A DNA stretch of 64,000 nucleotides from the human T2T-CHM13v2.0 reference genome, Homo sapiens. Positions 1-14,639 of the stretch are shown piece by piece. A model generated the notes under the pieces. It searched no databases and was not told the origin of the DNA. It worked only from the letters and a program-made list of their open reading frames with translations. Where the stretch lies: NCBI RefSeq assembly GCF_009914755.1, contig NC_060929.1, one strand, 5' to 3'. Each line of letters opens with the position of its first letter. Positions within the stretch are counted from its first letter, which is position 1. A program made the translations under genes and the position numbers.

Positions 1-429
1 AAGTATGAAATATAAGGGTACCTAAGTAAATCAATTAAAAATGTGTATATTATGTAATTAGACAGTCTGGATTGAATTAAGAAGGAAGCTCAAGGCCACA
101 TTCATGGTCTCTGCGGTGGTAGTGAAGTCTTGGTGTACAGGGCAAGTTTTAACCACAAACCACTAGAGCTTAGGGTGTACCCTAATCACTCCTGGGGAAG
201 ATTGTGCTTTGGAAAGATGTTGTCCCTTTAATTTCTAGGAAGCAATAAACACAGCTTGTTCTCATTTTGCCAGTTTGTCACAAAGAAGGGTGGCTCCTCT
301 GGATAAATCACCTACCTCCTTATTTTCTCAATGGAAAGAACACATCTGAGTTGCCACTTCAAGCACTGAGTAGACTCAGCACCAAGTGAGAAATTGCATG
401 GCATTGTAGAAAATTGAGAGAACTCGTGC

Positions 430-560
430 CTTAAGTTGGGCGAGACATTGTGCCTCAGTGTCTTTCTTCTGTAAAATGGAGAAAAGAGACCAGTACCAGA
501 GATTTGCTGTGAGTGTTCATTGAAATAAGAGGTAAGCTTCATGGCAAGTGGTTGGTGGTC
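430..560 (+). mobile_element. MIR SINE remnant
   Basis: MIR core-like tgtgcctcagt...tctgtaaaatgg; boundaries approximate. Confidence 0.55.
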
Positions 561-2480
561 AATACGTTAATAAGGCATAGGGACAGAAGACTGGCATTTT
601 AATTCTTTGCAATTCAAAGCCAGCATTAGGATAAGACTGTATTAGCAGAGTTGAAGGGACAAAAGATGCCCTGTAGAATGCTAAAATGGCTACTCAGGAA
701 GATCAGTAGTGCTCAGGATGGACCGAAAAAAGTTTTGCCAAGAGAGATGAAGTCTCTCTTCGAAGCCTGTGTCTTCATGTGTGCAGGATTGAGGGAGGGC
801 CACGGCCCCAGCAGGCAGCTTGAGCTGGATGGCCAGAGTCCAGTTGGCACTGTGTCTGCCCAGGTGAATACTCACCCAGAGGACTGCCAATCAACAGCAG
901 CAGGTGCCAGCCACAGCCAAAGGCCGGCTTCTACAGGGCAGGTGGGTAAAAAGCGCTGCTCCATTCCCCCACCCCTCCCATGACCCAGAGCTTAATTTTC
1001 ATTTGCAGAGTTTCCATTTGGCATACTGATCTTCCTTTAGTGGGGAATACCAATAAAGCTGGGGTCAGCTGGGGCCTTGAGTCTTCCTCTATGAAGAATT
1101 TAAAATTACTCCAATGGTCGTTGTGGGCATCCACAGGGCAAAGAAAAGTCTGTTTATTCATTTTCCCCCCTTTCCTCCTTCTCCCAACTTCTTCAGAACT
1201 TTTGCCCTCTTTGTCACTTTGTTGGGTTGCCAATCGACCTTCCCTTCTCCTCCCACTTAGAGATGGGGTTCCTAGCTTCAGGCAGTGAGGTTGAGGGAGA
1301 ATTGGTCAGAGGCACAGATTTTGAAGAGAAATGAGAACTGATGATTCTGTTCGAGGAGATGATGTCTCATTTATTAGCATCTGTGTGTGCGTGTGTGTGT
1401 TTGTGTTGGGGATGGTGGTGAGAGTGTTTTCAGGCCTGTTATTAAAATGAATCAAGAATAGAGACTTTCACCCAGGGACCAAAAAAGAGGGGTATCTGGA
1501 CGATAAATTACCATCAAGCCAGTCTCTCTCCTCACCCTCCTCCCATCCCACTCTTCCATGTGGGTAAAATCAGGAGTATATTAATTGTAGGGTAATTAAA
1601 ATGCTGTGGGTGAAAGGGTGAGATTAAAGGTTGGAAAGTTGAATTAGCAGGTGCCTGTTCTAAAATGCAGGTGAGCTGTTAGCCCTGAAGCAATCAAGAA
1701 AAGAAAACCAAACTACTGCCAACTAATAATGCATGTCAAGTCTCATCTCCTTGTTGTCTCCTCACATTTGGATGCAAACCCAGCCTAATTTATAGCAGGA
1801 GACAACATGGCAAAAGGGGGTTATTTTGGTTTTCTTTTGTTTTGGAATTCTGAATATGCAACTTTGGATTTGGTAGCCTAAGCCTGAAAAGCGACTAGTT
1901 GTCAGTGAGAAGTAAAGCAAATGTACCCAGAGTTGATTCAGATCTTAAAATGATTAGGGGTGAGTGTTTACTCTCAGAACAATTCATGACTTGGGAAGAT
2001 CAGAATATGTTTACTTGACTTGCTGGGTGAATCTCTCATTAAAAGCATTACACAACCATTGCAAAAATTAAAAATCACGTTTTGATTTTTCAAATTTTCA
2101 TTTAACACCACAACACAAAATTTTATGCTAAATCAAGTATGAGAAAGGTGCTTGGAAAAGCACCTGAGGAAAGAGGGGCTTCAGCAATACAAGAATAATG
2201 TGAGAAGCGAGACAGATGAGCAGCATCAGAAGCGGAGGGGCATGAGCGAGATGGTCCTACATTTCAGGGATGGTGAGAATACTGTTCACTGGAGATCAGG
2301 GAAGGCTTCTCAAGAAAGAGGCATTGGGGGTTAGGTGTCAAAGAGGAGAAGTGGAGATTAAGGGGAGGACTGTGGCTTTAGATAAGGAATAGAGATATAA
2401 AAAGAACATGCATGGACTCTGTTGTAATAGTCCCATAGTCCATTTCGGACAAAACACAGGCAAAGACAGATTTTCTGTGT

Positions 2481-2632
2481 CAGTGTTTCTCAGCCCTGGT
2501 TGTGCATTATAGAAACCCTAGGGAGCTTCTAAAAACCCCAATGCCCAGGCCACATCCTAGATCGACTGAATCAGAAAACCGAGGAGCGGGATCCAGGTGA
2601 TTCCAGTGTGCTGGCAAAGTGAGAAAGAGCCT
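2481..2632. mobile_element. MER5A-like hAT-Charlie MITE
   Basis: cagtgtttctca... start, internal gcccaggcc...actgaatcagaa and caggtgattc typical of MER5. Confidence 0.7.
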
Positions 2633-2779
2633 GGCTTTAGCTGATCATTACAAATGAGTTCTTGGTCCTATTCTCAATTAAGGTAGCCTGGAGAATAAAA
2701 GGTACATTAAAAAAAAAAAGCCCATTGATCTAGTTTGACTAAATTATCTAGAGGAGCATTATTAAATAGCTTTCTTATT

Positions 2780-3100
2780 CACTTCAGAAATGAATATGGG
2801 AATAGCGGTAGAGGAAGATGGGACTAGAAAAAGAGTGTGGCTAAGTCACGGACGACCTTAATACCAGGCCAAGAGTTTTATTCATTAGGAAATTCTGTTC
2901 ATTAGGAAATAGGCAACAGGCAACACTGACAGTTTTAAGTTGTGGCGTGATCAAAAGTCACAGCTGTGGTTAGGGATATTTATACGTTGGGTATTAGTAG
3001 GATGGAAGTGATGAAGGGAGAGAGGCCAATTAGGCCATGATTGCTCTGAGGATGGGAAGTACGTGAATGTGGAATCTTGGGGTAATAGAACGGACAGAAC
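2780..3100. mobile_element. L2 LINE remnant
   Basis: Degenerate L2-like purine-rich sequence (ggccaagagtttta, cactgacagttttaag); approximate. Confidence 0.45.
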
Positions 3101-3612
3101 GTAGTGTAGCAAAGCTTCTCTCCATAACGTTCCTCTGGCCAAGTGAGAAACATGAAGATTAGAAGTGCAGCACATGCCTTCTAAAGAAGCCAGGGTGAGT
3201 GGGGCACATGCCACTTTAGCCTGGGTTGGAGATATGCTACAAGGGGCAGGAATAGAGATGTAGGGATGAGAGGATACAGATTCTGAATAGAGACAAGATA
3301 GTTTGGTCTTCTGAAGGGTTTCCATTTTGGGGATGTGTGTTTGTATTTGATTTCAGATTCACTGAGGGAAAGGGGAAAGAGTTATAGTTTGGGGTCACCC
3401 ACCTCCCTCAGTCCCTAACCATGGGACTGCCCTCATAATCCCCTTTTCTGACACAAAAGGGAAGAAATAGTTTCATGGTATAGCATGGTATGAAAATCAC
3501 AAAAGGTATAAAATTCAGAAAGAGGATGTGGTCAGAGTATTAAAGGCTACAAAGAAGTCACAGTGGGTGAAGACCCTGAATAGTCCTGAATGACAGCAAA
3601 GTTTCCCATGAG

Positions 3613-4144
3613 TGTGCAGAGAAAAGTTAACATGGCAGGCCTGAGACAGCTCTCTTAGGCCTGCTTGTAAGGGTGGCGCCAGGCTAGCATCTGAAATCTT
3701 AAATTTCAGGAAGGTTTCCACAGTTGCCTAACTGATGAGTGGCTCACTGTGCCTGAACTGTGCGATTGACTTACGCTGAACACCTGCATTTCTTCTTGGA
3801 GTACGACATTTTGGCAAGTGCTAGGCAGAGAGTGCCTAAGTGACCAGCCTCCAGCATAAGCCTTGGGCACTGAGTCTTTAATAAACTTCCCTCGTAGACA
3901 ACATTTCCATGTGTTGTTGCAACTCGTTGCTGAAGGAATTTAGTGTGTTCTGTGAGAATCCACTGGGAGCGGACCCTTAGAAGCTTGTGCCTGGTTTCCT
4001 CTGGGCCTCACCCGATGCTCCTTTTTCCATTTAATTTTGCCTTGCCTCCTTTTGCTCTAATAAATCATAGCTGTGACTATATGCTGAGTCCCGTGAACCC
4101 TAGTGAATCACTGAACACGAGAGTGGTGCTGGGAACCCTTGACA
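3613..4144 (+). mobile_element. ERVL solo LTR, MER68-like
   Basis: Starts TGTGCAGAGAAAAGTTAACATGGCAGGCCTGAGAC, ends GGGAACCCTTGACA; internal AATAAA; 5-bp TSD atgag/atcag with one mismatch. Confidence 0.8.
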
Positions 4145-4230
4145 ATCAGAATGAGGAAAATTTAAGAGCATTAATTTGGTCAGAAAAACCGGGAGATCTT
4201 GAATGCAGAAATTTCTAATAGCTGAATTAA

Positions 4231-4594
<364 letters not shown>

Positions 4595-4755
4595 TAAGCT
4601 TTCTGCTCATGATTAAAGCTGAAAGCTGGTGTTTTCTCCTTTAAAGAAGTAAAGCGTGAACATAGTGAAAAGAGCATGTTATGAAAACAAACTTTGAGAG
4701 GAACAATTACTGAGTCTTTATAGCTGTATTGTGAATTTAAAAAATTTTTAAACTT

Positions 4756-5161
4756 CCTATTTTGTTTCCTGCTGCCTCTTGTTGAGCTGTGAGCACCTTG
4801 CCCAGGTGTCCAGGCGCACTAATGTGATAACGCTGGTCCCTATCACAAGTTTCCCATCACTGCCCTCCCTCAACCGTGACTTAGTAACATTCAAATGCAC
4901 CAGTGAAATCCCTTTTCCTGTGTACTCCACCCTGACTGCCAGTGAAGGCACCTGACCACAGGTCCTCACTCTCTCTCGGCTCTCCCCACTGCTTGGCTGA
5001 GCCCGCTTCCTTGGCACTCCTCCCATATGGCCCCCTCTCAGCATGCAGTAACTGGCTCTCCAGGACTTGCAAGTATCACACATCTTGTTTCCTGGAGGCT
5101 CTCCTGTGTCTTCTTTTGTGGCTGTACTTGACTGACCTTTTCCTAAAGGAACACAGAACAA
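4756..5161 (+). mobile_element. ERVL-type solo LTR (MER54/MER73/MER74-like)
   Basis: LTR-like architecture (tccaccctgactgcc, ctctctctcggctctccc) ending ...cacagaaca; family from recall. Confidence 0.55.
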
Positions 5162-5281
5162 CAATACCACTCAGTGACGTCTATTTTCCCATGTCGAATT
5201 TCAACATAATAAAAAAAGTACATGATAAATGCTTAGCAAAGTAGCGAGAAAGGCTAATGAGGTAAATGTGCATGTTTTACC

Positions 5282-5674
5282 TGCATTAGTCAACTTGGGC
5301 TGCCATAGCAAAATACCATAGACTGGGTAACTTAAACAACAGAATTTGTTTTTTCACAGTTCTGGAGGCTGGAAGTCCAAGATCAAAGTGTCAGGATGGT
5401 CCCATTCTAGTGGGGACCCTCTTCCTGGCCTGTAGATGGCCACCTTCTTGCTATGTCCTCACATGGCCTTTCCTCTGTGTGCATGACGAGAGAAATCTCT
5501 AGTTTCTCTTGTTCTTCTTACAAGGCCAACAGGTCTATTGGATCAGGGCTCCACTCTTATACCTCATTTCACTTTAATCACCTCCTTAAAGGCCCTTTCT
5601 CCAATGCAATCACATGGAGGGGGCTTAGGGCTTCACGACATTAATTTAGAGGGAACACAATTCAGTCCATAGCA
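5282..5674 (-). mobile_element. MaLR LTR, MLT1B/C-like
   Basis: tgcattagtc...gggctgccatagcaaaataccatagactgg...ttctggaggctggaagtccaagatcaa...attcagtccatagca; TSD ttacc/ttaca. Confidence 0.9.
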
Positions 5675-6342
5675 TTACACATCTTGCCAAACCTTCACTT
5701 GACCTCTAACCACCATCTTTTTTCATAACCATCTTCCTCAAATGAGAGGGTATAGCTATGTACATTTCTTCACCAGACATCATGCTTTGAACGCTTCATA
5801 ATCTGTTTTACTCTCTCAAAACTCCACTGAAATTTCTTTCTTTTCTTGGTTTTCACACTCCTTTACTTCTCTGTTGTATCCATGGTGTTTTCTGTCCCTG
5901 CGTCTCACAATTCCTTGCTCTTGTGGCTTTTCAGTGTATTCATCCGGTTTGTAATAATTTATTTGCCCTCTTTTTTTCTTCCAACTGCTTTTTGAAAACA
6001 TTTAATTTGAAAAAATACAAAATTGGAGAGGATAGTGTACTAAGCTCTCATGTATCCACCTCATCATACTATGGCAAATCTATTTTTATTGATATCCCCC
6101 TCCCCAGGATTATTTTGAAACAAATCCTAGATAACATATTATTCATACAAAAATGCTTCAGAAAGTATTTCTTATATATTTACAAAATTACAACCACAAT
6201 ACTATCGCATCTAAAAAAATTAACAGTAATTCTTTAAATATCATCAAATATCCTGAAAGTGTTCAAAGATTCCTGATTGTCTCATAAATATTTTTTCATA
6301 GTTAATTTGCTCAAATTAGAATCCAAATAAAACTCAAACACT

Positions 6343-6659
<317 letters not shown>

Positions 6660-6732
6660 CTCAAACACCACAAGGTTGATGTGCCTCTTCAGTATCTTTT
6701 AATCTACAGATAACACCTCCCTTTTATGTTTA

Positions 6733-7019
<287 letters not shown>

Positions 7020-7409
7020 TCCCTTTATGTTTTGTTTTTTAATTTATTTTTTGAAGGCAGCAGGTTATGCATCCTCTGGAGTTTCTCAAGTTGAGATTTT
7101 GTTGATTGCATTCCATGGTGTCATCCCTGTAAATGGTGGTAAAATCTAGTAAGGCTTGATCAGATTCAAGTTCAATTTTTTTCCCCAATAATATTTTAAT
7201 TTTAGGCTGTGATACCAAGTGCTGTTTCTCATCCTTGGTCTTCAGGGTGGACTCTTGCTAAGCTTCAATCTTTAGAACTCAGTTCTTACGTTCTTTAGGA
7301 GTAGTAATATGTACCCAAATTTTAGCTATGACTTCTAAAAAGTGAGAGAATGTTGGCCTAAGATGATAACAGAATTTAGCACTGAAAGAAAAGTTAGACA
7401 GCAGTCAAC

Positions 7410-7660
7410 GCAGGGCTCTGAGAATGGTGTTTTCTAATCTACTTTGTGAATAATGAGCTCATAGGCAAATAATTTTGGGAAAACCCCGAGTAAGTAAACT
7501 AACACAATTTTCTTTACAATATAAAGGTACATTGCAAATCTAAGGAGGGAGATATGGTAATTAGTGTTTCCTAAACTTATTTCACCATACAACTACCCTT
7601 CGCATGATGATATTTATTGAAGTTCTCTTATAAACAGTGTTTTACACTGAGAATGCTGAA
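7410..7660. mobile_element. MER103-like hAT-Charlie remnant
   Basis: agtgtttcctaaacttatttcaccatac and ggaggggagatatggta motifs. Confidence 0.55.
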
Positions 7661-9979
7661 TAATTGGGTCACAGTGAAGGTCTAGGACTCTCAACACTGT
7701 TTATAATGTAGTAAGCAGATAAGCAGATGTTTTATCTGAACTGCTTTGTACAGAATAAGACAATTTACTTAAAAAAAAAAAAAAAAGAATCTCCCGCCTT
7801 CACCTAAGTTTGAGCGCTTCCCACCACCCCCCACCCCGCCCCCGCCCCCAGCAAGCCTGCCTTTCCCCTTGGGAATACACTGTCAACAAAACACAGCAAT
7901 GAAATCAGCTTCATCACTCTTAGTATCTCTTCTCCCTTTCTTCTGCAGTAAGATAATACCTGCTTTTTAACAATGGACTTCCAGACTAAAGGTTATATAT
8001 TCTAGCATAGTAGCTGTTGTTTCTCAGTGTGTAGTACAATTAAGGGCAGAAAAATTCAAATTGGTTCTTAGGAATATGAAGAGATGCCTTATTAGCAGAA
8101 TAAAAAATATTAACACTTGATAATTCCCAGAAACATAATGGGCTCATGTTTGACTGCATTTTGAATCCCTACAGCTCTCACATCTCTTTAATTTTTTCTA
8201 CTGTTGTTTCCTGCATTCACTGAGTTAGCATTTCTCGAATATGCTTTGGGCTCTGTGTTTACTATGACAGATATGCCATGCTTCTTGTTGGGGGCTGGAC
8301 ATGGTGGATGACATCAGTCACACAAACTGTTGATTATAACGAGTAGTATGTGCAGTGATGCTTTATGCAGGGTACTATGGGAGCACAGTGGCACTCTTAT
8401 TCTGATTAACCTTGTCACTAGTAAGTCATTTTAAATTCTCAAGACTTAGGACAGTGTTTCCTACTTTTGTTTCCCCCACACAGCATGGAACAGTTCTGGG
8501 AACACAGCACTGATAAAACTCTTAGGGATGAATTTACCTATACCTGTGTTTCAGCCTTGTGATCTGGTGAGTATTCAGCTAATTTTCTTGTGGTCTTTTC
8601 CTCCCTTTGTTAGGCAAAAATTATACAAATGTAAACCAGCTGAGTTTTACAGTGTGGTTTGATGGCAGCAAGTTTGAGAGGGACAAAATACCATTATGAC
8701 CACCTGCCAAAATTTCCCTTTGCAACCAGGAAAGCCAGACCCTGACATGCAAAGCCTCTTGGACATCTGGAATGAATTCCTTTTGTTATGTGTGTATGGG
8801 TGCTTTCCAAGAAAGGGAAGTTCCAGATTTAAGAAAGGAGTGAGAAACTTTTATCAGGAAAAATTATTCACAATTAAGAGGTACTTTGCTCTAGCTGTGG
8901 GTCACAGGAAAAGTTTACAAATGTCCAGTGAATCTGCTTCTTGACTTCTCTGAGTTCTGCAGTCATAATGAATTGTGTTCTTCCTTAGCTCTTGACAGAA
9001 GTCACCCTCTAAAGTTAGATCTGAGCAAAGAGTCTTAATTGGCCGATAGATCCCAAGTGACTTTTGGTTCACATATGGAGAGCAGTTTTGTTATGTCAAA
9101 TCCCAGCAGTTTAGCTTTGTGTCTAACTCTGGATAAAAATGTTGATATTAAACTGGTAGCAAGTAAAAGCAATTCTAATTTTATGTTGCATAAACTAAAG
9201 CTCCTTCTTTTGACAAAAACTAAAGGATTTAAAATTACTTCTTGTTGATGTCTCTATAAAACTATGAACCTTCTAGAGGCTCCAATATATCGAATTACAT
9301 ACACATGTACATTCACACCTACAGAAGTCACCTATCTCCCTGAATGAATTTATGTTTATGTAACTACTTACATACTTGTGCCCAAAGGCTTATATTCATG
9401 AATGGAAATGGACCCTAGTTGATGGTATTGAGCAGTAAAATTTTATGTGAGAGTTTTGGGTCTTTGCTGCTGAGATAGGAATCTTGCTGAATTTTAAAGG
9501 TGACTAGTTAAAAGAAATAAAACATAGTTCACCCTTTCAGTTGGAGGAGAACAGAGTATTTAACAATAGGTTTCCTCTTTGAACTGATGTTCCATGGGAA
9601 GAATGGCTGATAATAAATGGAAATGGTGGCTCGAAGAATGTTGTAAGTTTACTTCCTGAGAGAAGTCATTTAGAATCTATCATTTCTGAGGCAGATATAA
9701 TTTCACTGATCCTTTTGTCTCTTTATATTCTTTTGTCTCTCTATATTCTTTATATCCTGCAGATTTGGCACTAGTTACTATATTTCTTTGTGTTGACCCT
9801 GGTCAAATGAGCTTGAGCTACATTATTGTTGTTTCTTGTTTTTCTCTTCTTTTTTCAATGACTCACATTTTCACTAGATTAAGAATAATATTAACCTCTT
9901 TTTGGTGTAAAGTATAGCACTGTGACATGTAATATCTCATTGTAACTGAGCTTTGCAATATATTTGCAAGGAAAGTAGA

Positions 9980-10120
9980 GGTGGTAGCAATATCTCTGTT
10001 TGGCATATGAGGAAACTGAGGCTTAGAGAGCCTAAGTGAATTTCCTAAGCTTTCACTGCCAGGACCAAAAAGAGCTCCAGCTTGGTTCTCAGTCTCATAT
10101 TTCAGATGCTTTTTCCAACA
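9980..10120 (-). mobile_element. MIR remnant
   Basis: atgaggaaactgaggcttagagag..aagtgaatttcctaag MIR core. Confidence 0.75.
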
Positions 10121-10721
10121 TACTTCATTGCTTTTACTGGGCAACTGGCTTTCAAACATGTGGTGTGCACAGTTGGTATGTGTGGGACATTCAAGTGAAC
10201 TTACCTAAAGGCAACAGAATAATCATTTGGAAGGACTGACCCAAATAGACACAGCTCTCTACCCGTGTGAGCAGCAGGTTAGAATGTGGGCAGGCAGCCC
10301 AGAATGTGTCTCCTCCCGGGCAGACAGACAGGAATCTCTCTGGAGACTGGCCAGGAGGCCAGAAGGTCTCCCAGAGACTCAAGAGGGCTGCCAGGAGGAA
10401 TCTATAATGATTCCATTTTAGGTTTAAAGGACATTATAGTCACAGCAGGCGTATCTAGTACTATACATGATGCTGACACAAATGCACATATATTGGCGTC
10501 TGATGTAGATAGATGATATCTTGCTGTGAAGGGTGAACGAACAGGCAGTTTTCTACTTTTAACTTTCAGTCAAACCAATCAACATAAACCAGCCAGCAGC
10601 GTATGTGGGATGACAGATACTTCCAGATCTTTGCTGATTGCACTAGCCGGATAATTAATTTGGGCATAAGTCATGGTTGGACTCCTCTGCCACTGCATGT
10701 TCAGATTTTTCCCACGACTGA

Positions 10722-11182
10722 TTGTGGCAGAGGCTGCTAATTTTCTACCCAACATCCACTTCGTTCTCCTTTTTCAGTAATAGGACTCTGTTTTTGTAGA
10801 GGACAGCCAGAGTATAATTAAAAGACCATTTTCTACATTTCCACTTTGCAGCCAGGAGTGGCTGTGTGGGTATGTTTTAGTCAGTGAAAGGTTAGCAGAA
10901 ATATGTAGGACTTTTGGGAGATTTTCTTAAAGAGAAGTGGATTGACCTCCCTTCTTGCTGCCTGGAATGTGGGTGTGCTCTAGAAGCTATCTTGTAAGTG
11001 TGGTGACCAGGCTGCCATCGTAGGAATCTAAGAGTAGGGGACAGGCAGGAGCTTGAGTCATCCAAAACTCCATGAAGCTGCTTTGACAGTCTTGGCCTGC
11101 TGACCTCCAGACTTATTTTGTGTGTAGGGAAATATGCTTCTAGCTTGCTTAATACGCTGTGGTTGTTCGTTATATTGCAGTG
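10722..11182 (+). mobile_element. MaLR LTR, MLT1J-like
   Basis: tgtggcagaggctgctaatttt..., cttcttgctgcctggaatgtgg, ctccagacttatttt motifs. Confidence 0.7.
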
Positions 11183-11499
11183 GGGACCTTACACCAAGTG
11201 ATGCCTAGATGGGCACATGGTGCTAGAAGAGATCTAAAATGCGATAAAAATACAGGTGAAAAAAGATTTTAAAATATAAAGGAAGAAATAATTTGGGGTC
11301 TAATAAGAAAAGAAGCGAGTGATTGTAGCTGGGTGATATTTAACTCCGCTGTTTTCCAATTCTTTCTGCTCCTGCCCTTTGCCCTACTCTTTAGGCACCA
11401 CTGCCCTGATGGCAGAAATGATACAGAGAGCAAAGTGTCAAATTACTGGCTTCCAAAGGTCTGTGTAGGCTCTTAATAGTCTATAGAAAATATCATAAT

Positions 11500-13060
11500 G
11501 TTTTTAACTTACGTGACTTTATTATGGAGAATTTACAACTCACTCAAGAGTAGGTGGAGTTGTATAGTAATCCTCTATACTCGCCATCCAGTTTCAACAA
11601 CCATTCATCCTTGGTGAATCCTGTCCCATCTACACCTGCATCCACTTCTCTCTTCTCATTGCTTTTAAAATAAATTTCATATTTTGGCATAATTTTAGAT
11701 TTATGGAAAAGTTGCAAAGATAGGACAATTTTCACATACTCTTTACCTATGTCTCCCTATCTTACGATTCCATGGTACGTTTGTCAGAATGAATATGTTA
11801 GTATTGATGTGAAACTATTAATTAAATCTAGACTTTATTCCTATTTCACCAGTTTTACCACTAAAATTCTTTCTCTTTTCTAGAATTCAATCCAAGATAC
11901 TACATTGCATTTAGCCCCTTGTTATTTTGAAGCATATCCCAGGTATCAAGTAGTTTTACCTTTAAGTATAGTTGGCCCTCCATATCCATCAGTTCCACAT
12001 CTGTGGATTCAACCAACCGCAGATTCATTTTTTTTTTTTGTTAAAGATGGTTGCATTTATACTGAACGTGTGCAGATTTTTTTTCTTGTCATTCCCTAAA
12101 CAATACAACTATTTACATAGCATTTACATTGTATTAAATGTAAATCATCAAGAGATGACTCAATGTATGCAGCAGGATGTGAGTAAGTTATATGCAAATA
12201 CTACACTATTTTATATCAGGAACTTGAGCATTTGTAGATTTTGGTATCTGTGGGCGTCTTGGAATGAATTCTCCAGGGACAACAAGGGACAACTGTATTT
12301 TAGTATACATCTCTAAAAGACAAGGACTCTTTTGCTTTAATGCAAATACAAAGTAATCATCACACCCCCAAAATAGCAACGATTCCTTAATATCGTCAAC
12401 ATCAAATCAAATATTTTCTTGTAAATGTCATGTCCTTCTTACACCTTTTTTTTTTTTTTTCTAATCCTGGATCCAAACATGACCTGAACAATAAGATTAG
12501 CAAATATGTCTTTTAAATATCTTTTATTCTATAGATTTCCCCTCCATTTCTCTCTTTTTTTCTTTGCAATTTATTTGTTGAAGAAACAAGTTTGTCCTGC
12601 AGTTTTGCCATCCAGGTTTTTCTGATCATATCCTTGAAGAGTAGGTACCTGTGTTACACTATGCTTTGCATTTTCATAAATTGACTGTAGAGATTGATCG
12701 GATTTATTCATTTACTTATTCAGTGAGTTTTGGCAATAATATAGGAAGTGGTGGGTTTTTCCAACAATAGGCACATACCATACTGTCTGGTTTTCTCTCT
12801 TTTTGGTGTTTGTGGCTGTTAATGTCCTCTGTTATAGAGGTTGCAAACTGGTGATATTGTAATTCTAACATTTCTTCTTCATTTATAAGCTGGAATATTT
12901 TTTATAAAGATCATGTTTTCTCCATCCACTTATCATTTGGTTATTGTGGTGCACACCATAGAAGAAGGCAAAATAAATGCTGATTTTTTATATACCTTAT
13001 TTGTCACTTCTAAAAATAATGAGTTGGTTCACTATTAGCATCCTCCAATGTTGACCAGAT
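11500..13060 (-). mobile_element. Old L1 (L1MC/L1MD/L1ME) 3' fragments, nested, interrupted by MER2
   Basis: ataattttagatttatggaaaagttgcaaagatag; gcaatttatttgttgaagaaac; gggttgcaaa-type motifs. Confidence 0.65.
11969..12295 (+). mobile_element. MER2 (Tigger-family MITE)
   Basis: agttggccctccatatcc...gggacaactg terminal inverted repeats flanked by TA. Confidence 0.85.
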
Positions 13061-14639
13061 AATTTAGAGTTCATAGTCAAGAAAATAAAGTGTTTCGTAT
13101 GTGAAAGAGCAGGTGCTTGAGACAGAGTGTTTAGTATTCCCAAAATTTGTAGCTTGAGAGAGCAGACACCAAAACCCAGAGAGCTGTGAGCATGGAGAGA
13201 GAGACAGAGAGAGACAGAGAGAAGGAAACACCTAGATACATTTGGTAGAATCTGAGAGCTACAGACTTGGTGCCCCTGCTCTAAGCTATCCTCAAGGCCA
13301 ATCTGGTACTGGAGCAGCTGGTATTGTCATGACAGTAGCCAATGACTAAGGCAGGCACTTAGTCAGGGAGTCCCAAGGACAGCCTCACTATGAGCCCAGA
13401 GCAGTGCAGAGAAGGTGGGTGCAAGCTCCTGAGTCCCAGTGGGGGCTCAGAAGTGCTGAGAGGACCAGCAGGCTGTAGGAGGCCTGTGGTTGTATGCGAA
13501 CAACAGAGTTTGATGAATACCAGGTTGAGAGAATTTCACATCTAAGTCCAGGTGGGCAACCTATACCTGCACAGAAGCTGATGGGACACAGAGTGGCATG
13601 CGAACCAGACACTAGAAAATAGAGGCCCAGAGGAGAAAGAAAGATGGGCCTGGGGATAGGCCAGCCCTGAATTTGATCCGTTATTGCCCAGAAGAGATTA
13701 TTTTCATTTTTTCAGAATTGAAAAAACTTAGCTCAGGGTTTCCATTTCCACACATTAGCAGAAAAACTATCTTTCCAATTCAAAGTTACATTCTAGTAAA
13801 CTGATTTCACTTACATAGACATAAAGAGAGTAAGATGACTGCCCATCTAGGACTGTAAATTTAAAACTCTAGATAAGTATAAGCTCTTTAATGTTTGAAA
13901 GAAAGGGAGTCATCGGGGTGCTTGAACTAGTCACTCTGCCCTCAGGGAAGGAGGCAGAGAATGGGCTGGCCCCAGGGTTATGAAGTGGGGTAGAGATGGA
14001 GGGTGGAATAGGAGGGGCATCCGTTTAGGGTTCTGGCTGCTTTTCTCTTCAAAGGTTTGCTTCAAACACACTGGAATGTCATGGGGACTTAACTTGGTAA
14101 AGTAGTGCTCACCTAAGAAACCTCTGGAGAAAGTTCTTAACTGGCATTGTTAGACCTCACCTCAAATCATACCTCCCTAAATCCTGTATTCGTGTGTTGG
14201 GAGGAGCGTCAGTTCACCCTGCAATGTGTGTAGGGGGCAGTTGGATTTATTACTGTTATTTGCAAGATTCAGGTGTGTAAATTACCTTATATTTTTCTCA
14301 GCTCTATCTCCCCATCTGTAGAATGAAGGGAATTTGGCCTAAGAACTGGACAGGGTTCACCATGAGTCCATAAGTCTCAGGTAGCTGCCTCATCTACAGC
14401 TGTCATATTAAGTAACGTAGCCCAGGGGCACTCTTTCTTGCACAGATACTACAGCTACTGCCACATTGTATTTAGTGATATAAAACTTTCCCCCCAGGGG
14501 AGTAGAGAACTATTGCCTGTAGCATTTACTCCTTGTTCAAAGGAATTCTTTTTGCCCCTCACTCCAGCCATGGAAGTTTCACTGGACCGGATACTCTCAG
14601 TGCTTGGTCACATGATCCTTCCAAACAAATAAGAATTTT

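Noticed and set aside
651-1288. 100-110 aa ORFs in mildly GC-rich unique DNA
   Set aside because: No recognisable domain, one non-ATG start, no exon chain; length expected by chance.
2694-2719. AATAAA followed by A11, and the poly-T at 59942-59966, as possible retrocopy tails
   Set aside because: No TSD or recognisable mRNA body could be identified.
2881-2924. Small tandem duplications (also ~9713-9750, 35401-35436, 53283-53309)
   Set aside because: Ordinary slippage-type micro-duplications with no further structure.
8545-8615. Micro-exon-like tttcag|CCTTGTGATCTG|gtgagt (and tttgcag|ATGGAACCAA|gtgagt near 24210)
   Set aside because: Isolated splice-like motifs are common in 64 kb; the following acceptor would give only a 47-nt intron; no supporting gene structure.
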